Source of the DNA: Candidatus Desulfaltia sp.
GTDB lineage: Bacteria; Desulfobacterota; Desulfobacteria; Desulfobacterales; ETH-SRB1
Direction of reading: 5' to 3'
DNA: 64,000 nucleotides
Assembly (NCBI GenBank): GCA_030656555.1
Contig: JAUSPN010000106.1
Span: forward strand, 8,404-72,403
Position numbers and translations under genes: made by a program. Within the stretch, counting starts at the first letter, position 1; every line of letters begins with the position of its first letter. This document shows, piece by piece, positions 8,829 through 17,590 of the stretch. The notes beneath the pieces were generated by a model that ran no database searches, was not told the DNA's origin, and saw only the letters and a list, made by a program, of their open reading frames with translations.

Positions 8829-10016
8829 TTAATTAATATTGATCGCGCCAAATGGATTGTCGGTTCCTTTTTTGAAAAACAGAAAACGATTTCCCTTGGC
8901 CTGCTGGGTATCAAACAGTATGCCCTGATCCTGCAAGCCCTTGTAAAGTTCCCGCTTAAAATCGAATTTTTTCCCCTGATAGTTCACATCAAGCTGAAAA
9001 TTTCCAGGCGATTCATTTCTAACAGACTTGTCCTTAAAACCGGTCATTTTCTCAATTACATCAACGATTATATAAGTTTCCTGTTCTGAAAAGTTTCTAA
9101 ACCATACATCAAGACGGGTTCCAGCGTGAACAGCACGCTCAAAATAAGACAGTGTATCTTCAATTAAAGCATCTGCAATCGCTTTTCCCAATTGATCCGC
9201 AGCCTTTGCAGCCTGCATATCTTCATAATAATTTCCTGCTGCTTTCATGATTTTTACGTACAGATCACCCGATTTTTGAGCTATAAGATCTGCGGTGGCC
9301 GGAGCAACGGCACGCAATGCTATTTCAACAATGACACCGCCAAAATACTTGCTCGATCCACCGGTCTTGCTCGCTGCATGCACATCATATACAAGAAGCA
9401 GGTCTGCCTTATATTTTAAGGCAAGAGCGGAAAGGTCGTCCATATCCACATCAATCCTGCCTGCCTGCTCTATCTCGTTGTAAACATCATTAACGAACAT
9501 TTTGTCCAGGACTATAAAGCCTTTTCTGGCAAAAACTCCGTTAATTGCCTGCTCGGCGGCCCTGACTACCCTGGAATCCCTGTGCATTGAACTTTTGGTT
9601 TCGGGAATATAAATTGCCATAAATCGGGGGTTGCCGATCTGTGCCATTAGAATCCCGATCGCCTTTAAATCATTTTTAATCGAAGCTGTTTGCACGTCAG
9701 CCTGCATGGTTACGGTGTATATTGAGCCGTCCGGACTTTTTCCTTCAGACAATATATTATAATTGGTTACATAACCGCTTGCCCTCGAATAAATCTTATC
9801 CTGCAGCACCTCAAAGTTCGCAACCTTGGTTTTAGAATCGATGAGAGCGCCTATGCCTTGTTCAACCGCAGCCCGCTGGGCATCAGCAATAGCGCTTTTA
9901 CGATCTGTTCCTTGCCCCACAACCGTCACCATTGCGCTGTAACCGGTTGATACAAAAAGAAATATAATTCCCAAAACAAGACATGCCATCATATTTTTTT
10001 TATTTTTTAAAGCCAT
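8829..10016 (-). CDS. FlgT-like periplasmic protein, paralogue of 7417..8544
   Basis: 395 aa with a signal peptide. KSAIADAQRAAVEQGIGALIDSKTKVANFEVLQDKIYSRASGYVTNY aligns by eye position-for-position with the 7417 protein. This includes the following IK(N/D)DL and PR(F/L)M segments. Confidence 0.55.
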   Translation of the reverse strand: MALKNKKNMMACLVLGIIFLFVSTGYSAMVTVVGQGTDRKSAIADAQRAAVEQGIGALIDSKTKVANFEVLQDKIYSRASGYVTNYNILSEGKSPDGSIYTVTMQADVQTASIKNDLKAIGILMAQIGNPRFMAIYIPETKSSMHRDSRVVRAAEQAINGVFARKGFIVLDKMFVNDVYNEIEQAGRIDVDMDDLSALALKYKADLLLVYDVHAASKTGGSSKYFGGVIVEIALRAVAPATADLIAQKSGDLYVKIMKAAGNYYEDMQAAKAADQLGKAIADALIEDTLSYFERAVHAGTRLDVWFRNFSEQETYIIVDVIEKMTGFKDKSVRNESPGNFQLDVNYQGKKFDFKRELYKGLQDQGILFDTQQAKGNRFLFFKKGTDNPFGAININ

Positions 10017-10031
10017 AATACCTCCTTTAAA

Positions 10032-11156
10032 TTAATATATCCGCACCCCTTTTTCTTCCTGTGTTTTCTGAACCGGTTTTTGCTTCAGCATGTTTTTTTG
10101 TTGTTCATATTTCCGGCAGTCTTTGATTGCAACCTGAATTCTTGCCATAGCATCCAGGTAAAGTTTATTATCCCCGCATTTGACTGCCTTTTTATACATT
10201 TTGCTTGCGATATTGAAATTTTCAAGGTCGCCAACAGATTCGTGGGCCAGACCTAAATTATAATAGGCGGCCGCGTTATCTGGTTCAGCCTTGATTACAT
10301 CCTGCCAGATCTCTTTTGCCTCGTCCCATAATCCACGCTTGGCGAATTCTATGCCGCGTTTTATCATATCATGGCCACCATAGCCAAGTTTTCCGCCGTC
10401 ATAAAATTCTATGGTTTCGGTAATCTTTGTTGGAGAAATTTTTGCGACAAGCTGAGACGCAACATTGGCTGACAAATCATTTAAGGTTTGATTCGGCGCC
10501 GGTAACTGGCTTAACTTCATCCCTCCTAAAACTGAAAGAACATATTCCTTGTTGCCGCCGAATTTCTGATTGTAATTTTCCGTGACCTTGCTGGTCGCTA
10601 TAATCTGCTTTGTTTTCAGGTTAAACACTTTGAAATCAGTGGTTAGAGAAGCCTGGCGTATGACATAGGGCACCGGCCTGAGTACTGTCTTTTTGATTTC
10701 CACATCCACCCATTTACCAAAAATATTTTTTTCTTTTTTATATCGTCCCGTGCCTTCCTGCATCTGGACCTGTTCATGTCCACGGATATCATTTATGTTG
10801 GAGGTTACCCGCCCGGTAATTACTCCATCTGCTTGAATATTTTCAAAAGCCGGAAGAAATCTTGGATCGTCCACTTGATCATAGACAACCTGGTCCAGGG
10901 CATTTGTCTTTGAAGTGTCAATAAGATTGAAGTGCTGCACCTCGCTTAATTTATTATAGAAATCGCTGCGCACAGTTTCACCGAACTGGCCTTCAAACTT
11001 AAGCAAAGCAAGCGTCCGGATGCCGCCAAGAGAAACTTCGGCAGGCCTGATCCTGCTTACACTGGTCTTTCCGGCGCAACCAAACCATGCAAGCATTGCA
11101 ATTACTATTAAGCCTGCTGATAATTTTAAGATATGTTGCTTGTAATTCATGGGCAT
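10032..11156 (-). CDS. Lipoprotein with C-terminal TPR domain
   Basis: 374 aa. Lipobox AWFGCAG. TLALLKFEGQFGE module near the N-terminus. C-terminal TPR (GLWDEAKEIWQDVIKAEPDNAAAYYNLGLAHE). Confidence 0.55.
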   Translation of the reverse strand: MPMNYKQHILKLSAGLIVIAMLAWFGCAGKTSVSRIRPAEVSLGGIRTLALLKFEGQFGETVRSDFYNKLSEVQHFNLIDTSKTNALDQVVYDQVDDPRFLPAFENIQADGVITGRVTSNINDIRGHEQVQMQEGTGRYKKEKNIFGKWVDVEIKKTVLRPVPYVIRQASLTTDFKVFNLKTKQIIATSKVTENYNQKFGGNKEYVLSVLGGMKLSQLPAPNQTLNDLSANVASQLVAKISPTKITETIEFYDGGKLGYGGHDMIKRGIEFAKRGLWDEAKEIWQDVIKAEPDNAAAYYNLGLAHESVGDLENFNIASKMYKKAVKCGDNKLYLDAMARIQVAIKDCRKYEQQKNMLKQKPVQKTQEEKGVRIY

Positions 11157-11182
11157 TTCCCTTCAATTAAAAGTTAATTTGA

Positions 11183-12172
11183 TTATTGTCGCAAGCCGGC
11201 ATCAATATTTTTGCCCTTTGGTTCAGGCGGAAGGTTAGGTTTTATCAAAAAATTTTTTTTAATCGACTCAACCACCTTGTCTATATTTTCTACTCCATCC
11301 CTGATTTCGTTAACCCCTCTCTTTGTTGACCGTGTAACCTCCGGTATATCATGGCTCCCTTCTTCCATCTCTTTTAAAATCCTTTTAATGCTTGAGATGC
11401 TATCTAATACCCCCTCTCCGGCCTTTTTTATCGTTGCGAGATTATCCTGGACCTTATTTGTTATTTCAGGTGTTGCCTGGGCAATGCTTTCCAGAATCTG
11501 AGTTACCTTGCCAAGATCATCAAGTATGATTTGCAGAACTTCCCTGGATTTTAGTATGCTGCCGGCAGTCCCTTTGCCGGCCTGTATATCACCGGTAATA
11601 GCTTCAAGATGAGAAATGGTTTTGTTTAAGTTATTGACGGTTGTAAAAAAGGGGCCATTGGGATCCCGCATTATTTGTGTTATTTCTGAGATATTCTGGA
11701 CCATCCCGACAACCTTTTTAGCTGTTTCTTCAACACGGAACTCTGACATAAGGTCGGATATCGATTTTTTTGCCGTGGAATTGATTTCTCCGCCCTCAGG
11801 TATCAGGGGGCTGTCCGCGCTTCCTGGTTTAATGGAAATATATTCAGACCCGATAAATGTCGGGCTTTCCACAATTGCAACAGAATCGCTTCTTATTCTG
11901 GAAGAATATTCCTCTAAAATAGCCAGCTTAACCTTAACCCTGTTTTCAACAAGTACAATTTTTTTTACCTTTCCTATATCTGCTTTAAATAGTTTTACAG
12001 CAGCATCTTCCTTAAGATTATAACTTTCATTAAAGGTAGTATAATATGTAATGTATGTTTTGAACCAGTCTTTGCCTCTGCCGATAATCACCACAGTAGT
12101 CAGCAGTATAACTACGATGCAGATTATAAATGTTCCAACTGTTTTTTCTTTTTTGCTAAAATTTAAGTCCAT
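11183..12172 (-). CDS. MlaD/MCE-family substrate-binding protein with long helical C-terminal extension
   Basis: 329 aa. N-terminal TM anchor, then an MCE-domain pattern (YYTTFNESYNLKEDAAVKLFKADIGKVKKIVL...VAIVESPTFIGSEYISIKPG). Confidence 0.75.
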   Translation of the reverse strand: MDLNFSKKEKTVGTFIICIVVILLTTVVIIGRGKDWFKTYITYYTTFNESYNLKEDAAVKLFKADIGKVKKIVLVENRVKVKLAILEEYSSRIRSDSVAIVESPTFIGSEYISIKPGSADSPLIPEGGEINSTAKKSISDLMSEFRVEETAKKVVGMVQNISEITQIMRDPNGPFFTTVNNLNKTISHLEAITGDIQAGKGTAGSILKSREVLQIILDDLGKVTQILESIAQATPEITNKVQDNLATIKKAGEGVLDSISSIKRILKEMEEGSHDIPEVTRSTKRGVNEIRDGVENIDKVVESIKKNFLIKPNLPPEPKGKNIDAGLRQ

Positions 12173-12180
12173 GGAATTAA

Positions 12181-12388
12181 TAAGTGCCTAAAGTATGTTA
12201 AAGTATGTTAAAGTGCCTAAAGTTAAAGGAATTCTGCCTATTTTATACCTGCCGGCAGGTAGGTAGGTTCCTTAAGCCATCAATGCACAAGGGAGCAAGC
12301 TCCTTCTATCTTTGGGTTATCAATTAGCACGCCGAAGGCGTACCACAACTTTAGGCATTTTAGGCACTTTAGCTCACTTTAGGCACTC
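12181..12388. repeat. Long imperfect palindrome with low-complexity arms (GTGCCTAAAGT units)
   Basis: Left arm taagtgcctaaagtatgttaaagtatgttaaagtgcctaaagttaaagg. Right arm aactttaggcattttaggcactttagctcactttaggcactc is the reverse complement in kind. The core holds small hairpins (cctgccggcagg; acgccgaaggcgt). Confidence 0.7.
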
Positions 12389-12395
12389 AAAACAC

Positions 12396-13067
12396 CTAAG
12401 CTGAAATGGTTGTTAATTTTCCACCTGAAATAAGTATTTTCCTGTTTGAAAACTCTTTAACAAAATCAGTGTGATAAGAAATAAAAACAACAGGGAGTCC
12501 GGATAGTAACATTTCTTTAAGAAGCTTGACAAAGAGATCGAATTTTTCATGCCTGATAAAATCCTCAGGCCGCTCAAACAGCAGTATGTCAGGCGACTTG
12601 GTAAGCTCTCTGATTACAATGGCGCTTCGCAGTTCCGTCGGCCTGAGATCGCCCGGACGCATATCCAGTTTGTCATAAATATCGAAAACAGTGCATAAAT
12701 TTTTAACATTATCGCTGAGATCAAGGAAAAATGAATTTTCAAAATAGTATCGCATTAATAGAAGATTTTCCCTGATACTCATATTGCTGATCATCGATGC
12801 ATCTGCAGCAACATAACCTATTTTTTTCTTATATGGAAGAAGATTTCTGTGGTCTGAAAAATTAATTTTTCCCCCCATAAATCGATAAATGCCTTTTGTT
12901 GGATGCTCAAGCATTGCAACAGCCTTTAGAAGCAGGTGTGCGTCATCCGGCGAATCAGCCTGCACAGAGCATGCATCCCCCTTTGACAGGCCAAAATAGA
13001 ATCGGTTAAGGCCGTTTCCTTGACCTGTTGGGGAAAGCGTATAATCTGAAAGCTCGATTAACCTCAT
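12396..13067 (-). CDS. ABC-ATPase-like protein with degenerate catalytic motifs (MlaF position)
   Basis: 223 aa with ABC NBD length and layout. Walker A position reads ADSPDDAH, signature position LRPTE, Walker B ILLFERPE, H-loop SYHT. Confidence 0.6.
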   Translation of the reverse strand: MRLIELSDYTLSPTGQGNGLNRFYFGLSKGDACSVQADSPDDAHLLLKAVAMLEHPTKGIYRFMGGKINFSDHRNLLPYKKKIGYVAADASMISNMSIRENLLLMRYYFENSFFLDLSDNVKNLCTVFDIYDKLDMRPGDLRPTELRSAIVIRELTKSPDILLFERPEDFIRHEKFDLFVKLLKEMLLSGLPVVFISYHTDFVKEFSNRKILISGGKLTTISA

Positions 13068-13232
13068 TATTTAGTTTCTTCTCACATTTAGTCGAAACAA
13101 AGTGATTTGTTCCGTAAAAAGTCAAAAAATCACTTTTTGCGAACCGTGTTAAGTGTTAAAGGTATGATTAAACAGGCAATTTCTTTAACATAACACCTGA
13201 TGAATTCGTTTTTTTTACGAATTCATCATTAT

Positions 13233-14009
13233 TTACAGGTAAAATATTATGGATATAATGACATTTATTACCAGGCAGTAAAAAAAACACTCAATGGCTG
13301 CTTTTGATGTTGCTATTGGCAGGCCTGTAATATTTTTTTTTATGCTGAATCCTTGATAGAGACATGTTACGGTAATAATAATTCCAAAACACAGGGCTTT
13401 TACAATTCCTACAATAATATCTGTCGGAGTTACGGCTTTTGCAATCTGTCCAAGAAAGTCGCCTAAATTAATATGTGTAAAGACCCACACTGCCCCATAA
13501 CCTCCGACAATGGACACCAGGTCAAAAACGATGAAAAGACAAAGTATGGCGGAGGTAATTCCTATTAATCTCGGCAGACAAATTGTTCTTATGGGATCAA
13601 TGCCTGACATTTCAAGCGCATCTATTTCATGAAAAATCTTCATGTAGCCGATCTCTATAGTTACTGAAGTGGCTGATCTTAATATAACCAAAAGAGCTGT
13701 AATGCCGGGGCCTAATTCTCTTACAATTAACAGCACCATTGTTGTGCCTATGTCATATTGACTTGAGATCCTGGCAAATTGTATAATAAGCATGCTCCCA
13801 ACAATAAGAGCAATCGGAATAAGCAGGGGAAGGGCTTGCACAGCCGTAAAATATATCTGTTCCAGAATAACTCTTCTGACAAGAACTCTACCTTCTATTG
13901 GTTTTTGAAGGATCAGATTGAATATTCTGTAAGTAAAGGCAAACAGGTTCAAAATATGATTGACAGATTGTAAGGTTTTTCTGCCTATGTAACCCGCTAT
14001 TTGATACAT
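13233..14009 (-). CDS. MlaE-family ABC transporter permease
   Basis: 258 aa polytopic protein. EQIYFTAVQALPLLIPIALIVGSMLIIQ and TSKAAIECFFYCLVINVIISIIF are typical of MlaE/YrbE. Confidence 0.8.
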   Translation of the reverse strand: MYQIAGYIGRKTLQSVNHILNLFAFTYRIFNLILQKPIEGRVLVRRVILEQIYFTAVQALPLLIPIALIVGSMLIIQFARISSQYDIGTTMVLLIVRELGPGITALLVILRSATSVTIEIGYMKIFHEIDALEMSGIDPIRTICLPRLIGITSAILCLFIVFDLVSIVGGYGAVWVFTHINLGDFLGQIAKAVTPTDIIVGIVKALCFGIIITVTCLYQGFSIKKNITGLPIATSKAAIECFFYCLVINVIISIIFYL

Positions 14010-14033
14010 GTTACTCGTTACTCGTTGCGTATT

Positions 14034-14246
14034 GTTGACTGTGAGCGTTCACGGAACGTTGAAATTGGAAAATAGAAATTGGAAATTTGGCCTGAACCTT
14101 TTTGTTCCACTTATCAAAGTCGTGCCCGACCATATCTGATAACGCTTCTGCTGGTTTGTAAACATCCAACTCGTAAACTCGTTTCATCGCTCCCAAATTT
14201 CTACTTTCCAATTTCAAGTTTCAAGCCGTGAACGGCTACTGTTGAC
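14034..14246. repeat. 55-bp inverted repeat enclosing a decayed four-helix-bundle (23S rRNA IVS-type) gene fragment
   Basis: 14034-14090 gttgactgtgagcgttcacggaacgttgaaattggaaaatagaaattggaaatttgg. 14193-14246 ccaaatttctactttccaatttcaagtttcaagccgtgaacggctactgttgac is nearly its reverse complement. Confidence 0.7.
14092..14187 (-). pseudogene. N-terminal fragment of a four-helix-bundle protein (IVS/S23p-like family)
   Basis: MKRVYELDVYKPAEALSDMVGHDFDKWNKK matches the family N-terminus pattern (y-e-L-x-V-Y-k-x-A...w..k). The remaining roughly 90 aa of the family are missing. Confidence 0.45.
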
Positions 14247-14270
14247 TTATTATAAATCTTACAATATAAA
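14242..14270 (+). promoter_or_regulatory. Sigma70-like promoter candidate for the CHASE2 cyclase operon
   Basis: TTGACT (14242-14247), 17-nt spacer, TATAAA (14265-14270), about 20-75 nt upstream of the candidate starts. Confidence 0.35.
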
Positions 14271-14290
14271 ATTAAAACAGGTCAACAAAA

Positions 14291-16588
14291 TTGAACATAT
14301 GCCATGTGCCTGACATTTCATACGGAGATCTCGCGGAGACCTTTATGAAAAAAATCGCTTTACTCTATCCCCTTTTCATTTCTATGTTTGCCATATTCGT
14401 CGGAATCCTTGCTTATTTGCAAGGGATATCCTTTCTTGATCTAATGGAATTAAAAACCATTGATTTAAGATTTGAGACAAGAGGACAAATCTCTCCACGC
14501 CCTGATGTGGTTCTGGCAGTTATTGATGAAAAAAGCATTGGTAAAGAGGGAAAGTGGGTATGGCCAAGGTCAAAAATCGCAAATCTTGTTACAAAACTGT
14601 CAAAAGCCGGTGCCGGCGTAATAGCATTTGATATTGGATTTTTTGAAGAGGATGATAAAAAAATTGTAAACACCATAAACGAGATACAACGCACAATTCA
14701 CGATCACAACATTCGAAAAAAAGAAATTGACAGCTATCTGAAAAATCTAAAAAAGCATGCGAACAACGATCAACTCCTTGCCGATGCTATAAGAAATTCC
14801 ACAGCCAAAATAGTGCTGGGATATTTTTTCCACACAGATCCCACTGAATCAAGCCATATCAGCGAAAACCAGATCAGTATTCACAAGAAGAATATTTCAG
14901 GGTCCAGGTATAAATTTATACGTTATGCTTCAGGAGCTTCTCAGAATATACCACTTGTTGAAGCCAAAACACCTCAGTCTAATATAGAAATTATTTCAAC
15001 CGCAACCGATTATTCCGGATTCTTTAATATGTTACCGGACAAAGACGGGGTTGTGCGATGGATGCCCGGCGTCTTCAAGTGCGCGGAGAAGTTGTACGCT
15101 CCTTTGTCGCTAATAGCTCTCAGCGCTTATTTGGAAAGCCCGATTTCAATTAATATTGGTGAATATGGTGTGGAAAGAGTGCAAGTTGGGAAAATAATGG
15201 TACCGACAGATGAGCTGGGACGAATTTTGATAAATTACAGAGGAGCAGGGAAAACCTTTCCTCATATACCTGTTACAGATATACTAAACAATAATATAGC
15301 CGATACTGTTGTGAAGGACAAGATCGTTATAGTGGGTGCGACTGCTGTTGGAATCTACGATTTAAGGGTAACTCCATTTGAAAACGTTTTTCCAGGCGTT
15401 GAAATTCACGCAAATGTCGTAGACAGCATCCTTTCAAAGGATTTTATGTATCAACCGGCCTGGGCTGCTATTTTTGACATTATGGCAATAATTGTTGCCG
15501 GACTTATCCTCGGGCTTGTGCTTCCTAAAGCAGGCGGCATATCAGGCGCTGCAGCTGGTTTCTCATTGTTTGCCGGCTATATTTTGCTATGCCAGTATCT
15601 ATTTTCTCAAAAAGGCTTAATCCTCAATCTTGTTTATCCCCTGAGTGTAATAATTTTAGTATATATCAGCATAACCGCATACAAATATTTTACAGAGTCA
15701 AAGCAGAAGAAATTTATCAAAGATGCTTTTTCTACTTATCTTGCTCCCGCAGTTGTCAAACAGCTTATCGAGTCTCCTGAGAAGCTTGTGTTGGGTGGTG
15801 AAGAACGTAAAATTACAGCCTTTTTTTCAGATATCCAAGGTTTTACAGGTATTTCCGAAGGGTTGACTCCAAAGGAGCTTGTTGAACTGTTAAATGAATT
15901 CCTTACAGAAACAACAAACATAATTCTTAAATATGAAGGAACGGTGGATAAATTCGAAGGTGATGCTATAATCGCATTTTTTGGAGCCCCTAACGATCTT
16001 GAAAATCAGGAAGAAATAGCATGTATGGCTTGCATTGACATGCAAAAAAGGCTGTCTGAACTAAGAGAAGGCTGGAAAACATCAGGCAAGCCGGAGCTTT
16101 ATATGCGGATCGGTCTTTGCACGGGTCCGGCTGTTGTCGGCAACATGGGATCAAAAACACGCATGGACTATACAATGATGGGAGATACGGTTAATATTGC
16201 GTCAAGGCTGGAAGGGGTTAATAAAATATACGGAATTTATATGCTGATTGGCGAAACAACTTTCAGAAAAGCCGGCGATAAAATAATGGCAAGGGAAATT
16301 GATTCGATAAATGTTGTGGGGAAAAAAGAACCGGTAAGGGTTTATCAGCTTTTAGGTTATAAAAAAGATATTGGTGAAAGCATGGATAAGACAATAGATA
16401 ATTACTCCAGCGGCCTTTATGCATACAGAAATCAGGATTGGGAAAAAGCCGAAAGTTTTTTTAAGGCAGTTTTGGAGCTGACACCTGACGACGGTCCAAG
16501 CAAGACCATGCTTCTCAGGTGTGATGAATATAAAATTAATCCCCCTCCAAAAAATTGGGATGGATCGTTTACTATGAAAACAAAATAA
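14291..16588 (+). CDS. CHASE2 sensor-domain class III adenylate/guanylate cyclase
   Basis: 765 aa. Likely true start is MKKIALLYP at 14345. Periplasmic CHASE2 region, then TM helices. Cyclase domain ERKITAFFSDIQGFTGISE...FEGDAIIAFFGAP...GLCTGPAVVGNMGS..RMDYTMMGDTVNIASRLEG. TPR-like tail. Confidence 0.85.
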   Translation: MNICHVPDISYGDLAETFMKKIALLYPLFISMFAIFVGILAYLQGISFLDLMELKTIDLRFETRGQISPRPDVVLAVIDEKSIGKEGKWVWPRSKIANLVTKLSKAGAGVIAFDIGFFEEDDKKIVNTINEIQRTIHDHNIRKKEIDSYLKNLKKHANNDQLLADAIRNSTAKIVLGYFFHTDPTESSHISENQISIHKKNISGSRYKFIRYASGASQNIPLVEAKTPQSNIEIISTATDYSGFFNMLPDKDGVVRWMPGVFKCAEKLYAPLSLIALSAYLESPISINIGEYGVERVQVGKIMVPTDELGRILINYRGAGKTFPHIPVTDILNNNIADTVVKDKIVIVGATAVGIYDLRVTPFENVFPGVEIHANVVDSILSKDFMYQPAWAAIFDIMAIIVAGLILGLVLPKAGGISGAAAGFSLFAGYILLCQYLFSQKGLILNLVYPLSVIILVYISITAYKYFTESKQKKFIKDAFSTYLAPAVVKQLIESPEKLVLGGEERKITAFFSDIQGFTGISEGLTPKELVELLNEFLTETTNIILKYEGTVDKFEGDAIIAFFGAPNDLENQEEIACMACIDMQKRLSELREGWKTSGKPELYMRIGLCTGPAVVGNMGSKTRMDYTMMGDTVNIASRLEGVNKIYGIYMLIGETTFRKAGDKIMAREIDSINVVGKKEPVRVYQLLGYKKDIGESMDKTIDNYSSGLYAYRNQDWEKAESFFKAVLELTPDDGPSKTMLLRCDEYKINPPPKNWDGSFTMKTK

Positions 16589-16611
16589 AACACTCATGAC
16601 AAACAATAAGG

Positions 16612-17346
16612 TTGTTATTTAAAATGAAAAAACTATCTAAAATAAGTCTGCTTATATGTTTGTGCTTTACCGCTTTTTCATCGTTTGCAGAGGCAAATCA
16701 ACAAGTTGCAGGCACTGTAACATTTATGATCGGAGATGTATTTGTTTCTCATGACAAAACAACCTGGGTTAACGCAGATTTTGACATGAAAATTTATCAG
16801 GGGGATCAAATCAGAACAGAAGTGGAATCACGTTGCGAAATTACCCTTGAAGACGGCACAATGGTTAGAATGGATGAAAACACGTCACAGCAATTTGAAA
16901 AATGTATGGTAAGCAAAACCGCAAAAGAGGTTTCCTTGTTTCTGTCTTCAGGTAAAGTGTGGTTAAACGCCCGCAAAATCCTTGCAAAATCCGACAGCTT
17001 TAAGGTCAGGACCAATAAAGCGGTTTGCGCAATACGCGGAACAAAGTTCAGAGTTGATACAGAGGATGAACAGACGCGAATTAGTGTCCATAAAGGGGTT
17101 GTGGCAACATGGAGTGCTTTGTTTGATAAACCAAAACCTGAGACGGATGTTTTCACATTAGAACCTAAGCCAATAGCCGGGCCGCATCCGGTATCCATGG
17201 AAAAGTGGGTAGAAATTGTAAAAGCTTTTCAGCAGATTACAATCGATTCAAACGGAAAATATGAAAAAAAGGATTTCAATATTAATAGCATTATGGAAGA
17301 TCAATGGATAAAATGGAATATGGTTCGTGATGGTGATCAGGATTAA
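16612..17346 (+). CDS. FecR-domain secreted protein
   Basis: 244 aa with a signal peptide. GDQIRTEVESRCEITLEDGTMVRMDENT...AVCAIRGTKFRV fits the FecR pattern. C-terminal GPHPVSMEKW motif is shared with 29357..30145. Confidence 0.7.
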   Translation: MLFKMKKLSKISLLICLCFTAFSSFAEANQQVAGTVTFMIGDVFVSHDKTTWVNADFDMKIYQGDQIRTEVESRCEITLEDGTMVRMDENTSQQFEKCMVSKTAKEVSLFLSSGKVWLNARKILAKSDSFKVRTNKAVCAIRGTKFRVDTEDEQTRISVHKGVVATWSALFDKPKPETDVFTLEPKPIAGPHPVSMEKWVEIVKAFQQITIDSNGKYEKKDFNINSIMEDQWIKWNMVRDGDQD

Positions 17347-17402
17347 GGAGTAAAATCAGTAAAACAGCTTTAATTCCTGAATTCGCAAAGAGACTTTTTG
17401 TC

Positions 17403-17552
17403 TTGTTCCCATGTTCCAACGTGAGAACCTATATGGTATGCATTCCCACGCTGGAGCGTGGGAACGAGAAACAAAATAATTTAAATGGCAAAGCGACATC
17501 ATTATTCAACGTTCGATGTTGGACGTTCGATGTTCGACGTTCATCTTTTAAT
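17403..17552. repeat. Variant hairpin element plus CGAACGT-type low-complexity arm
   Basis: attcccacgctggagcgtgggaa hairpin. Then agcgacatcattattcaacgttcgatgttggacgttcgatgttcgacgttcatctttt, near-identical to 54681-54735. Confidence 0.65.
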
Positions 17553-17590
17553 TTGTTCTTCGTGCTTCGTGGTGAAAAAAAACATAATAA

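Noticed and set aside
14011-14217. A 68-aa ORF between mlaE and the cyclase, considered as a real small gene.
   Set aside because: Only about 30 aa resemble a known family (the four-helix-bundle N-terminus). The rest is translated repeat arm. It is better explained as a gene fragment inside a palindromic element.
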